Assembly: GCA_049240965.1 (NCBI GenBank)
Contig: JBMLRP010000056.1
Span: forward strand, 1,425-65,424
Source: Akkermansiaceae bacterium
GTDB taxonomy: Bacteria; Verrucomicrobiota; Verrucomicrobiia; Verrucomicrobiales; Akkermansiaceae
Direction of reading: 5' to 3'
Length of the DNA stretch: 64,000 nucleotides
Below are positions 18,721-29,024 of the stretch, in pieces. Below the pieces are notes generated by a model, which saw only the letters and a program-made list of their open reading frames with translations, did no database searches and was not told the origin of the DNA. Numbering within the stretch: position 1 is the first letter of the stretch; the number at the start of each line of letters is the position of its first letter. A program made the position numbers and the translations under genes.

Positions 18721-21567
18721 TCAGCGACGATTCAGCCACTCACGCAAAGCCGCAGCGGTGGCTGAATGCTCCACTTTGGCCAGTTCCACCGGTGGTCCTT
18801 GAGCCACAATGCCGCCTCCGTGTTCACCACCACCCGGACCCAGATCGATCACCCAGTCACAAGCAGCGATCACATCCAGTTGATGCTCCACGACAAGAAC
18901 CGTGTGTCCCGCATCACGCAAGCGGCGAAGAGCAAGCAGCAGCTGAGCGACATCACCAAAATGCAAACCAGTGGTCGGCTCATCAAAAAGATACATGGTC
19001 TGGGCTGCAGTGGGGCGGGCAAGCTCCACCGCGAGCTTCAATCTTTGCGCTTCTCCACCCGATAAAGTATTTGCTGCCTGCCCCAGGGGAAGGTATCCCA
19101 AGCCCAATTCCTGCATGATTTGCAGCAGACGGTAGAGTTTCGGCATGGGTTGGAATAGTTCTGCCGCGCGATCCACACTGCATGACAGGACATCAGCAAT
19201 GTGATGACCTTTATACAACACCTCCAATGTTTCACGATTGAAGCGTTTGCCCTGACAGGAACCACAGGTCACCCAGCCGTCGGGAAGAAAATGCATTTCA
19301 ATTTTCATCCTCCCCGCACCTTCGCAACGTTCACAGCGACCACCACGGACATTAAAACTGAATCGACTGGCCTGATAGCCGCGTTGTCGAGATAGTGGCA
19401 GTTTACTAAAAACATCACGAATCAAATCAAACAAACCTGTGTAGGTGGCGGGATTCGAACGTGGACTCTTTCCGATAGGGCTCTGATCCAGCAGAATCAC
19501 TTTATTCAACCACTCCGCACCCGACATTTCCTCAAATGCTCCGGGAGCTTCGCCGCTGCAGGAGAAATGTCGCGTCAGCGCGCGTGCAATGACATCCTCT
19601 GCCAGAGTTGATTTACCACTGCCACTCGGTCCGGTGATTGCCACCATGTGCCCGAGAGGGATTCTCACATCAATCGCGCGGAGATTTCTCTCGCGCACCT
19701 TGCGAAACGTCAACCATGGAGCATGATCAGATACCATGCACGTTTGTGGCCACTGACGCTCTTGGCGGAGCCAACGCACAGTGGGCAGGTGTTCAAGATT
19801 GGCAAGTGTGCCATAGCCTAACAACTCGCCTCCATCGCGACCCGCGCCCGGACCAAGTTCAACCAACCAATCCGCATGACGGATGATGGCCTCATCGTGT
19901 TCAACCACCACCACGGTATTGCCCAAATCACGCAGTCGGAGCAAAGTCTGGATCAGTCGACCGGTATCACGCGGGTGAAGCCCGATGCTCGGTTCGTCGA
20001 GAACATAGAGCACACCGGACAACCCTGAACCGAGCTGTGATGCCAAACGGATGCGTTGTGCCTCGCCTCCCGATAGCGTGCCACTACCGCGCTGCAGGGA
20101 CAGATAATCCAGCCCCACATCGCAAAGAAAACCCAGACGCTTTTTGAGTTCAATTACTATATTTTCTACAACCAATCGTTTTTCCTCACTAATCTCCAGA
20201 CCTTGGATCCATGCCATTGCCTGCGCCACGGGTAGATCGCAAAACTCTTGAATTCCCAGCCATTGTTGAGAGCTTCCACAAATTTTCACCGCCAGCACAT
20301 CAGGCTTCAAACGGGCACCACCGCAGTTACGGCAGGCGCGATGAGCCATGACCCTCATCAAACGACGCCGCGCGGCCTCTGATTTCACTTCTTTGACTTT
20401 GCGCACAGCCTCGGGGCACAGGCCTTCGATCGCTTTGGCCTGGGCGCGTTTTTCGATTCCCAATTTCCATCCCGTATCGGCATGACCGCCGAACAAGAGT
20501 GTATTCTTGATTTCGTCAGGGCAATCACTCCACGATGTTTCCTCAGCAACCTGATGACTTTTCATCAACAACCGGGCCTCACGAATGAATTGCAACTCGC
20601 GTGGCCCTTTCGGCTTCCACCATCCACAGATGGCTCCTGCAATGACGGGTTTGTTGGCATCGCCGACCAACAACGTTGGATCGCAGAAAATTTCCTTACC
20701 GAGACCTTCACAGGAATGACAAGCTCCCCAATGGGAATTGTAGGAAAAGTGCTTGGGGCTTAACTCGCCCATCACGAATCCTGTTGCTGGATTGCGATAG
20801 CTCGTTTGAAACGAAATCTCCGTCCATGAACCCGAACCCGGTTCCTGGATTAGAGCGCGGGCTTCCAGTCCACAAAGCCGCAAACAGGCTTCGACACTAT
20901 CGGCAAGCCGTGAATCCACTCCGGGCCTGATCACCAGACGATCCACAACGATTTCAAGAGAGCGGATCGGATCCGAATCACTGATTTCGTCCAACTCTTT
21001 TAGCTCGCCATCCACACGTACCCGCACGAAACCTTGTCGGCGAAGATCATTCCACAACTGGGAAATATCGCCAAGTGACCTCAGATTGATGGGAGCCAGC
21101 AAAATGATCTTGGTGCTTTCGGCCAATGAAAGCAAGTGTGCCACAATGTCCGCCGAAGACATGCGCAAAAGACGCTCCCCCGTGACTGGATCATGAGGAA
21201 CTCCAATGGCCGCCCATAATACACGTAAATAATCATAAATCTCCGTCGCCGTCGCAACAGTCGAACGAGGGTTCAATCCCCCGCTCCGCTGTTCTATTGC
21301 AATCGCAGGACACAATCCATCGATCCGATCCACATCGGGTTTTTCCAATTGCTCCATGAACTGACGCGCATAGGAAGAAAGCGATTCCACGTAGCGCCGC
21401 TGGCCCTCGGCATACAGCGTGTGAAATGCCAGAGATGACTTGCCACAACCACTCGGACCAGTGATTACGACAAGTTTTCCTTTGGGTATCTCCAGTGAGA
21501 TATTGCGCAGATTGTGCTGACGGGCACCGTGTAGGGAGATCAATTCCACATCACGATTCAATCGCAT
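18721..21567 (-). CDS. uvrA: excinuclease ABC subunit A
   Basis: 948 aa. Two ABC modules (GPSGCGKSSLAF and GPSGSGKSTLA; LSGGEAQR twice) and zinc-finger cysteines (CHSCEG, CRNCGG, CERCEG). Confidence 0.95.
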   Translation of the reverse strand: MRLNRDVELISLHGARQHNLRNISLEIPKGKLVVITGPSGCGKSSLAFHTLYAEGQRRYVESLSSYARQFMEQLEKPDVDRIDGLCPAIAIEQRSGGLNPRSTVATATEIYDYLRVLWAAIGVPHDPVTGERLLRMSSADIVAHLLSLAESTKIILLAPINLRSLGDISQLWNDLRRQGFVRVRVDGELKELDEISDSDPIRSLEIVVDRLVIRPGVDSRLADSVEACLRLCGLEARALIQEPGSGSWTEISFQTSYRNPATGFVMGELSPKHFSYNSHWGACHSCEGLGKEIFCDPTLLVGDANKPVIAGAICGWWKPKGPRELQFIREARLLMKSHQVAEETSWSDCPDEIKNTLLFGGHADTGWKLGIEKRAQAKAIEGLCPEAVRKVKEVKSEAARRRLMRVMAHRACRNCGGARLKPDVLAVKICGSSQQWLGIQEFCDLPVAQAMAWIQGLEISEEKRLVVENIVIELKKRLGFLCDVGLDYLSLQRGSGTLSGGEAQRIRLASQLGSGLSGVLYVLDEPSIGLHPRDTGRLIQTLLRLRDLGNTVVVVEHDEAIIRHADWLVELGPGAGRDGGELLGYGTLANLEHLPTVRWLRQERQWPQTCMVSDHAPWLTFRKVRERNLRAIDVRIPLGHMVAITGPSGSGKSTLAEDVIARALTRHFSCSGEAPGAFEEMSGAEWLNKVILLDQSPIGKSPRSNPATYTGLFDLIRDVFSKLPLSRQRGYQASRFSFNVRGGRCERCEGAGRMKIEMHFLPDGWVTCGSCQGKRFNRETLEVLYKGHHIADVLSCSVDRAAELFQPMPKLYRLLQIMQELGLGYLPLGQAANTLSGGEAQRLKLAVELARPTAAQTMYLFDEPTTGLHFGDVAQLLLALRRLRDAGHTVLVVEHQLDVIAACDWVIDLGPGGGEHGGGIVAQGPPVELAKVEHSATAAALREWLNRR

Positions 21568-21619
21568 TTTTTACCAGCAGAAAACCTTATTTCCGAGGAA
21601 AATCATTTTGATGTGACTC

Positions 21620-22078
21620 TCAAAGGTAGCGTGAAACTGCGGATTCAAAATGACTGGCGCCATCGCCGCCAAGATCGCGATCAATCTCTTCGAGTCGTTG
21701 GATGAGATACCTCACCAAGTGCCTCGGAGTTTGACCACCGGCAGCCTCGCAAAAATGTGTGCGACAGCCAAACGGTCGCGACTCATAAATTTGGCACAAA
21801 CCATTTTTGAGAAATGGGCAACTGCCATCGGTATCACTGGGCATGTTTTTTCTGCCGCTGGCGCGCCATGCCATGGCCGCCAACATTGCTTCACCACGTG
21901 TGAGGTAAGGAGTTTTACCGGTTAACTGGAAACGGCAGCATGTCGAGCGCCCAATGCAATTTCCGTCGAGCGGACGAAGAGCAAGTTCCGCATAAATCTC
22001 ACGCACCTGCGACAACAATCGAAGATGGTCTTTTGGATTTCGTGCTCTTGGCGCGCGCGGTTTTTGAAATTGGGACAT
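21620..22078 (-). CDS. YkgJ-family cysteine-cluster protein (UPF0153)
   Basis: CCRFQLTGKTPYLTRGE ... CPFLKNGLCQIYESRPFGCRTHFC pattern. Start taken at 22078 (MSQFQKPRAPR). Confidence 0.7.
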   Translation of the reverse strand: MSQFQKPRAPRARNPKDHLRLLSQVREIYAELALRPLDGNCIGRSTCCRFQLTGKTPYLTRGEAMLAAMAWRASGRKNMPSDTDGSCPFLKNGLCQIYESRPFGCRTHFCEAAGGQTPRHLVRYLIQRLEEIDRDLGGDGASHFESAVSRYL

Positions 22079-22132
22079 GATTAATGATTCTGCTATTTTA
22101 TGCCATTCATGCTTATTCGCAATACAAACCAA

Positions 22133-23059
22133 TCATCGTGCCGCTTGATTTCGACTGAACGCATCCACCACCTTTTCCAGTGCGTCAATCAGGGATTGCC
22201 GGAGAATGGCTGCGCGGTTGGCGAGCGCCCGTTGCTCGGCTTCGTAGAGACGACGCCCCTCCACGGTTTCTATCATCACCGGTTCGTAGCCGTATTCCGT
22301 GAGATCATAGGGGCTGGCTCGCATGTCAAGCTTGCGCAATTCCATCGCCAGAAGGAACGTTTCTAACAACAGATCACCGGAAATCCAAGTTTGGCATTTA
22401 AACGCCCATTTGTAGAGATCCATATTCGCGTGAATGCATCCGGGTTGTTCCTGCACAGGTCGACCATCCAGGGTGGGTTGCAGTTGATTGAGCGGACGCG
22501 CTGGCGGAGTGAAAAAGCGGAACGCATCATAATGAGAGCAGCGCACGGGGCGAGATTCCACCAGCGCGGCGATTTCCTCCGCGGGCAATCGCAATGCTGC
22601 TGACTTGGCATGACGCACCTCTTCACTGCGGTACACCATCGCCCACTCATGCAATCCAAAGCATCCGAAATTACCGGGTTGAGCCGCTGTATTTCGCAGC
22701 AATGTGAGAATCCAATGCAAACGGGCTTTTTCCTTTTCCTCCATGTGCGTCACCACCAATCGCAGGACACCATGACTCCAGTCGTAATGACGCCCCATCC
22801 ATGACGGACGATCCATTTCCCGGCACTCAAGAGCAACACCGAAACCCGGATGCCATTGTTCCAGCTTCCCCAGCTTGAATGGGTAATACGTGAACAAGAA
22901 ATCCTCCACCGGATGAACCACACCGCGCGACCGTCGATCAATCGTAGGCACCGTCCAACGCTGAGCCTGCAAGCGGTGCGTAGTCAAGCGGGCCATCCAC
23001 TCTGCTTGAGCGAGGAACGGTTCAGCCAATGCTCCGGACTGATCGACAGAAAATGTCAT
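22133..23059 (-). CDS. conserved uncharacterised protein (HPVEDFLFTYYP / FGLHEWAMVYR family)
   Basis: The ORF-track version starts at 23140 and overlaps tRNA-Lys, so I use the ATG at 23059 (MTFSVDQSG). I recall, with low certainty, that this family carries a '3-methyladenine DNA glycosylase' label in some databases. Confidence 0.6.
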   Translation of the reverse strand: MTFSVDQSGALAEPFLAQAEWMARLTTHRLQAQRWTVPTIDRRSRGVVHPVEDFLFTYYPFKLGKLEQWHPGFGVALECREMDRPSWMGRHYDWSHGVLRLVVTHMEEKEKARLHWILTLLRNTAAQPGNFGCFGLHEWAMVYRSEEVRHAKSAALRLPAEEIAALVESRPVRCSHYDAFRFFTPPARPLNQLQPTLDGRPVQEQPGCIHANMDLYKWAFKCQTWISGDLLLETFLLAMELRKLDMRASPYDLTEYGYEPVMIETVEGRRLYEAEQRALANRAAILRQSLIDALEKVVDAFSRNQAAR

Positions 23060-23109
23060 GGGCACAAAAAAAGCTCCCGTTGGGAGCGTGTTACCTTGAT
23101 AGAGAGAAG

Positions 23110-23182
23110 TACGAGGACTGGGACTCGAACCCAGGACCAATTAGTTAAAAGCCAACTGCTCTACCAACTGAGCTATCCTCGC
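23110..23182 (-). tRNA. tRNA-Lys (anticodon UUU)
   Basis: The minus-strand 73-mer GCGAGGATAGCTCAGTTGGTAGAGCAGTTGGCTTTTAACTAATTGGTCCTGGGTTCGAGTCCCAGTCCTCGTA folds as a cloverleaf. D loop AGTTGGTA, anticodon loop CTTTTAA, T loop TTCGAGT. Close to E. coli tRNA-Lys. CCA is not encoded. Confidence 0.9.
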
Positions 23183-23306
23183 TTTTCTCTATCCCCGTGA
23201 GGGGGCGCACTTGTTACGGGAATCCGATGGTTTTGGCAAGAACTTTTTCGAAAAAAATGATTTTTTTCTTCTACCGCGTTTTCCCTGTCGCGCCCTTTGC
23301 TGTGAT

Positions 23307-24689
23307 TCACAATCGATCTAACAACTTCTGATGAATCCCTCCAAACCCGCCATTGCTCAGAACGGCAATGACATCACCGGGCTTCGCTTCGGCGGTCACG
23401 AGATCCACAATTTCAGGCACACCGGGTAGATACCAACCCTTGCCACCAAACTCGACGATATCGTGAGAAAGAAGATCAGGATCGAGACGTTCGCCTTCTG
23501 GAACTTTGTGCAGATCCGCAATAGCCGCCACTACGGCAAAATCCGCCAACGCCAGCGCCTGGGCCAACTCCTTTTGAAACACTTTGCGCTTTGTCGTGTT
23601 CGAACGTGGTTCGAAAAGCACCCAAAGGCGCGCGCCAACGTAGCGCTGGCGCAACGCGGCAATCGCCAACTGGATGGCCGTCGGATGATGAGCGAAGTCA
23701 TCCACCACCTTGATACCGTGAACCTCGCCTTTGAGCTCCTGGCGCCGCGCCACCCCCTCGAAGCTCATCAGCCCGGAACGAGCCTCATCAGCTGTCAACC
23801 CCGCGAACAACGCCGCGCAGACAGCCATCGCCGCATTGCGCACGTTAAACTCACCCACCATCGTGATTTCGTAGCGCGCGCCGCCTAACGAAAATGCAGA
23901 ACCAGTTTCGTGATACTCAACGGAGTCGATTCGCATCGAACAATTCACCCCCATACCCACGGTCGTAACAGGGCAAGGTGCCTTTTGTGCCACGTCAAGA
24001 GTATGCGCGTCATCACCGTTCACAAAAGCCATGCCATTACGTGGAACGATATTGAGCAAACGTCTGAAACTGAGCTTGATTTCCTCCACATGATTGTAGA
24101 TGTCGGCATGATCAAACTCGATATTATTGATCACCACGCACTCGGGAAGGTAGTGGAGAAATTTCGAACGCTTATCGAAAAACGCGGTATCATATTCATC
24201 GCCCTCCAGCACAGTAATGTCCGATTTTGTAAACACCGCGCCGCCACCCAGATTTTTCGGTAGACCGCCGATCATGTAGGAAGGATCACGACCCGAGGCT
24301 TTCAGCAACCATGCCAACATCGAAGATGTGGTCGTCTTGCCATGCGTGCCGCTCACGACAAAATTCCGTTTACCACGAAGAAAATGCTCCTTTAGCACCT
24401 CCGGCAAAGAGACGTAGAGCAGTTTTCGATCCAATGCCGCCTCTGCTTCCTCATTGCCGCGACTGATGGCATTACCAATCACAATCACATCAGCATCCGC
24501 TGGGATGTTGGAGGCTTGATAGCCTTCGGAAAGCTGGATCCCCTGGCCTTCGAGAAACGTGGACATCGGTGGATAGACATTGGAGTCACTCCCGGTCACC
24601 GTAAAACCACGGGCTTTCATACCGGATGCGACCGCACCCATGGCTGTGCCACAAATGCCGACAAAGTGAAAATGCTGTTTCTCAAACAT
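23307..24689 (-). CDS. mpl: UDP-N-acetylmuramate:L-alanyl-gamma-D-glutamyl-meso-diaminopimelate ligase
   Basis: HFHFVGICGTAMGAVA N-terminus, GTHGKTTTSSM P-loop, Mur ligase middle and C-terminal domains; 460 aa. Confidence 0.88.
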   Translation of the reverse strand: MFEKQHFHFVGICGTAMGAVASGMKARGFTVTGSDSNVYPPMSTFLEGQGIQLSEGYQASNIPADADVIVIGNAISRGNEEAEAALDRKLLYVSLPEVLKEHFLRGKRNFVVSGTHGKTTTSSMLAWLLKASGRDPSYMIGGLPKNLGGGAVFTKSDITVLEGDEYDTAFFDKRSKFLHYLPECVVINNIEFDHADIYNHVEEIKLSFRRLLNIVPRNGMAFVNGDDAHTLDVAQKAPCPVTTVGMGVNCSMRIDSVEYHETGSAFSLGGARYEITMVGEFNVRNAAMAVCAALFAGLTADEARSGLMSFEGVARRQELKGEVHGIKVVDDFAHHPTAIQLAIAALRQRYVGARLWVLFEPRSNTTKRKVFQKELAQALALADFAVVAAIADLHKVPEGERLDPDLLSHDIVEFGGKGWYLPGVPEIVDLVTAEAKPGDVIAVLSNGGFGGIHQKLLDRL

Positions 24690-24713
24690 GTGGGTTTACT
24701 CTAACGAAAAAAA

Positions 24714-25613
24714 TCAAAACGTGGGGGCAGCGACACGACCGTTCTCGCTCTCCTCCAGACGTTGGCGAAGGATGCGATCCGCGACCTCGCGCACCATTTC
24801 GCTCAACAACAACCATAGATGACTGCCCTTGCGGTAATCCGCAGGAGCGATGTGTTTGACCCGGCCCGCATGGGCGCAGAGTTGGTAGCATTTGCGAAAA
24901 CTTTTGCCGCTGGCATCATCGGGGTTGTACACCGCGATTGCCTGACCGCCATTGCGATTCAACACGGTAAAACACGGCACGTCTGTCGGGCCATCGCCGA
25001 CGTAAACCATGTTTTCGAAAGGCACGGGGCGAAGTTCGTTCGGCATGTGATCGTTCACATCCTGATCATAACGCAGCATCCCTTTGTTGATGCGGAACAA
25101 AAATTGCGTCTTCGTCGTGTGGGAGATCGTTCGCTTGGGAAAACTGATCCGACCCTCTGAATCCTCGCCGAATTCACAACCAAAAATCGCTTTTACATGC
25201 GGTTGCAAACGTGAACCATCGAGCAAGGCCTTCAGCCCAGAGGAAACGATGTAGTGTTCAATCTTGATCCCGGCCGCCTCGTGATCCCGGGTGAGACAGA
25301 CTTGCGGCAGATCCACGAAAATATCGGGCAAGCCGGGAAAGAACGACAACCCCGCGCCCAACTCGGTGAGTCGGGCATTCGTCACATTGTCCATGCCCAG
25401 ATAATCGAGCAGGCACTTCATGTAGGCCAACTCACCATCCCACTTCTGCTCCGTCACAAGACTATTACACTTCTTCCAAAACTGCACCGGATCAATGCCG
25501 AACTGCGGAAACAACACATCATCCTGCATGTATCGAGGACTGAGCGTTTGATCGTAATCATAGACCAATGCGATGGTGTTTTGCGGAACGGCCATAAGTG
25601 TGCAGCACAGCAA
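24714..25613 (-). CDS. HAD-superfamily hydrolase
   Basis: Motif [13 protein letters not shown] and motif [15 protein letters not shown]. Alternative start at 25595 (MAVPQNT). Confidence 0.7.
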   Translation of the reverse strand: MLCCTLMAVPQNTIALVYDYDQTLSPRYMQDDVLFPQFGIDPVQFWKKCNSLVTEQKWDGELAYMKCLLDYLGMDNVTNARLTELGAGLSFFPGLPDIFVDLPQVCLTRDHEAAGIKIEHYIVSSGLKALLDGSRLQPHVKAIFGCEFGEDSEGRISFPKRTISHTTKTQFLFRINKGMLRYDQDVNDHMPNELRPVPFENMVYVGDGPTDVPCFTVLNRNGGQAIAVYNPDDASGKSFRKCYQLCAHAGRVKHIAPADYRKGSHLWLLLSEMVREVADRILRQRLEESENGRVAAPTF

Positions 25614-25808
25614 ACTCTTTCATGTCAACTGCATCAAGGCAAAACTCCAGAAAGCCATGGATTTCTTCGTCTGTGGACAAGTTGATCAAAAAGCACGATG
25701 AATCAATTTTTAATTTGCCTGCTAGCTGGTTGATTCATGAAGGAATTACACAATTCGATTTCCAGAGCGAATTCATGGATCTTGGGTGCTTCAATCCTCT
25801 TTCGTTCA

Positions 25809-27932
25809 TCACGGTTCAGGCTTTATCGCGAAGCGTAATCCGGGATACTCGCGCACGACGGCCAGAGGCTGTTTCGGATCATGCATGACCGGCACAAACG
25901 TGAACATCCAGCGCCGCATTCCCTTCACATGGGGGGACTTGATGAGAACCTCGTTCCAGCCTTTGCGCAGAGAAATTGTGGTCGGCTGGCGGAAATGATA
26001 ATTTTCATCCACAAACGAATCCTTGGAGTGATAATCCGCCTTGCGGTTCGGCACGGCCCATCGAGGTGCTTCGATTTTGATTCCGTTGACTTGAAATACG
26101 GGCTGGGAATAGTGCCACTGCCCCGGTTGATTCATACCACCGTGGAAATTCGATAGCTCCCACCACTGCGCGCTGATCCAGAATGGCACCATTTGCTCAC
26201 GATCGGAATGAATGAAGGTGCGGGCAAAATAAGTGGAGTTTGCCACGGCCTGCTTGCCCCAGGTCGGGTTGGCAAAAGTCGGTTGATCGGTGTAGTGACG
26301 AAACACCATGGTCGCTCCGGTACGGATCTCTTCGCTCCATGTGTAGGATTTGCCATCGACTTCCACGCTGGCACGGGTATCGCCCGAACGAACGCCAAAG
26401 TCCGAATCTGGTTTTCCGCCGTGAGGGATGGGCCCCAGCGTCTGCCAGATGATGTCCGTCTGTTTCACATACGGAAACTCTTTGCCTTGAAAATACAGAT
26501 CACGGTGAGCAAGGAAGCGGTTTTCAAATTCACGAAACACTGTCAACTGCTCGTGTCCCTGAGGCGGAAGATTGGAATAAAACTCAATCCAATCTTTCTC
26601 CCGCGCATGGGTCCACAATGCCTCCGAGTAAGCCACCACTCCGGGAAAATGCGGTGTTTGTGAAAAATGCTGCCGCGGGTCTTTCATCGGCATGTCGGGC
26701 CACGAACAGAGAATCCCGCCGAGTCCCTTGCTGCGGGTGTGGGGACAGTTTTTACGGAAAAACAACGTCGAAACCATTTCAAAGGGATCGAAATGATTGA
26801 GGTAGTTTTCCTGCGAATCGATGTATTCTCCACCGCTCACCGGTGGACGAGTGCGATTGGTCCAGGTTTGTTGGATGGCTGTCGGATCGCCGTTCATACC
26901 CGGGTTCCAACGAATCGCCCGGCGCTGACACTCACGTATGGTGGTGAAATACTGCGCCAATGTGGATGCGGAAACTTTTTCGTGACCTCGGGCTTCATCC
27001 GTACCGATGTGAATGTAAGGCATCACCTCGGGTGCAGCCAGTGATGCCAATTCACGAATCAAATCGCAGAGGATTTGAGTAACTTTCGGGTCATCCATTT
27101 TCTCGGCCTTTATGGCCCGGCGGAAACTGGCCGTGTGGCCGGGCATGTCCAACTCGGGGATGATGGTGATGTTGCGCACCCGGCAGTATTCGACAAATTC
27201 CCTGAACTCCGCCTGCGTGTAATACTTGCCCGGCATGCGATCGAAAGATGCCGGGGCATTGACTTGCGGGTGCATCTTGCTTTCCAGTCGCCAGCCATGA
27301 TTGTCCGTCAAGTGCCAATGATAGACATTCATTTTGTATCGTGCCAGCACATCGGCCAGTTCCTTGAGCATCGACAAAGGCATGTAGTTGCGTCCGGTAT
27401 CATTCATCGTGCCACGGATCGGAAATGCCGGCCAATCCTTGATTTCAACATGCGCGATACGGGCGTTGCCAGCGAACTTTGTGGTGATTTGCGCCAGTGT
27501 TTGCAGGCCATAATAAAAACCCTTTGCGCCAGAGGCTTCCACCGTCGCACCATCGGCTCGACTGATGAGCCGATACGCCTCCGGTTTATCATCAAACCAC
27601 GAATCACGCGATAGGGCGAATCGCAGTGCGTAACCCGCCCCTCCTTGCGGCAAACAAGTCACACCTCGCGCCGCAAACAAGTCTTTGGCCTCCTGTGCCA
27701 TGTGCATCAAGCGTGCGGCGTCAACCGCGTCGCGCGGCAGAGAGAGTGTCACCGCTTTGATTTCCGTTGAAGTGTTTTTCCATGCAAGCTCACGTGGCAA
27801 AGGCAACAAGGGCGGCGATTCCGGCGAGTGTGTCCATGATTTCGAATGGGGCAGAACATCCGCCGAAGATTCCACCACTCCGCAACCCACCAACAATAAA
27901 AAGTACGACAAGAACCGAAACATGATTGCCAT
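25809..27932 (-). CDS. beta-N-acetylhexosaminidase (GH20), secreted
   Basis: Signal peptide; GH20 catalytic region YHWHLTDNHGWRLE and HIGTDE; 707 aa. Confidence 0.9.
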   Translation of the reverse strand: MAIMFRFLSYFLLLVGCGVVESSADVLPHSKSWTHSPESPPLLPLPRELAWKNTSTEIKAVTLSLPRDAVDAARLMHMAQEAKDLFAARGVTCLPQGGAGYALRFALSRDSWFDDKPEAYRLISRADGATVEASGAKGFYYGLQTLAQITTKFAGNARIAHVEIKDWPAFPIRGTMNDTGRNYMPLSMLKELADVLARYKMNVYHWHLTDNHGWRLESKMHPQVNAPASFDRMPGKYYTQAEFREFVEYCRVRNITIIPELDMPGHTASFRRAIKAEKMDDPKVTQILCDLIRELASLAAPEVMPYIHIGTDEARGHEKVSASTLAQYFTTIRECQRRAIRWNPGMNGDPTAIQQTWTNRTRPPVSGGEYIDSQENYLNHFDPFEMVSTLFFRKNCPHTRSKGLGGILCSWPDMPMKDPRQHFSQTPHFPGVVAYSEALWTHAREKDWIEFYSNLPPQGHEQLTVFREFENRFLAHRDLYFQGKEFPYVKQTDIIWQTLGPIPHGGKPDSDFGVRSGDTRASVEVDGKSYTWSEEIRTGATMVFRHYTDQPTFANPTWGKQAVANSTYFARTFIHSDREQMVPFWISAQWWELSNFHGGMNQPGQWHYSQPVFQVNGIKIEAPRWAVPNRKADYHSKDSFVDENYHFRQPTTISLRKGWNEVLIKSPHVKGMRRWMFTFVPVMHDPKQPLAVVREYPGLRFAIKPEP

Positions 27933-27991
27933 ACGCGCAGTTTTGAGAACATTTCACATTCCATCACTGGTCTGACATGTCAACCAGTCGA

Positions 27992-28945
27992 TCAACCCAA
28001 AACCCAGCGCACCCCGAACGCAATGACGGCGGGTAAAGTCAACAAACTTACTGCCGTGGTGACGACGATGATCTGCGCGGCGATCCCCGGTCTACCACCG
28101 TAGAGTTTGGCAATCAACAACGGCGACATTGCCGCTGGCATCGCCGCCTGCACGATCAGCACCTGCTTCAACTCAAGCGCCAATGGCAAAAATTTCGCAG
28201 CCGATAAAATGATCATGGGAATCACTCCGAGGCGCAGCGCTGTGCCGCATAAAGCAATGCGGAGCGATGGACGCTCCACAGCAACCATATCGATCATGAT
28301 TGCACCGGTTACCAACAAGGCCATCGGAAATGCACCACTGCCCAGCCATTTCATCATCTCACGGACGGGTCCGGTGAAATAAACGTCCATTCCCAGAGCC
28401 ACGAGCAACAAACCCACCACCACCGATACCGCAGGGCCATTGATGAGTTTTTTCCAGGGAATTTCTTTGTCGTTGGACATCACCATCACACCAAAAGTCC
28501 AGATCGACAATTCGACACCAAGGTTGTGTACCATGAGCACCGATACTGCCGCAGCACCATACAATGCCTGCACGATAGGAATCGCCGTGAAACCGAAATT
28601 TTGAATCCCCACGGAAAACCCGAAAGTCCGCAGGCCGGAACCTTTGTGAAGTTGAATCCAGCGTCCGGCGATCACACCCACTGCCATGCCCACCAACAAC
28701 TCGCTGAACCCTATGCCGAGACTCCAGCCCACCACCGATCCCTGCTTGAGCGCCTGACTGCCCAGAATCTTATCAAGAATGAAACACGGATACATGATCT
28801 GATAGACCGAATGCATCAAAGGCTCATCGTGCTCCGGACGGAGAATCCGCGTTTTGCGCATCAGCGCCCCCAGAACGATCAAAAGATACGCCGGCAACAC
28901 AGCCGTAATAATGGCACTCGCGGACAACACAGCCCCAGCATCCAT
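27992..28945 (-). CDS. AEC (auxin efflux carrier) family transporter
   Basis: 317 aa with about 10 hydrophobic helices. The N-terminus (ITAVLPAYLLIVLGALMRKT) and overall layout are typical of the AEC family. Confidence 0.78.
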   Translation of the reverse strand: MDAGAVLSASAIITAVLPAYLLIVLGALMRKTRILRPEHDEPLMHSVYQIMYPCFILDKILGSQALKQGSVVGWSLGIGFSELLVGMAVGVIAGRWIQLHKGSGLRTFGFSVGIQNFGFTAIPIVQALYGAAAVSVLMVHNLGVELSIWTFGVMVMSNDKEIPWKKLINGPAVSVVVGLLLVALGMDVYFTGPVREMMKWLGSGAFPMALLVTGAIMIDMVAVERPSLRIALCGTALRLGVIPMIILSAAKFLPLALELKQVLIVQAAMPAAMSPLLIAKLYGGRPGIAAQIIVVTTAVSLLTLPAVIAFGVRWVLG

Positions 28946-29024
28946 ATTTGATCAAGACGTGCAAGTTTGATTCGTCAAAGAACCCGCACAATTCTTCTCA
29001 TAAAAGGAACAAACCACAAACCGC

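Noticed and set aside
23060-23140. N-terminal extension of the 22133-23140 ORF.
   Set aside because: It overlaps the tRNA-Lys gene (23110-23182) on the same strand. The internal ATG at 23059 gives a sensible start.
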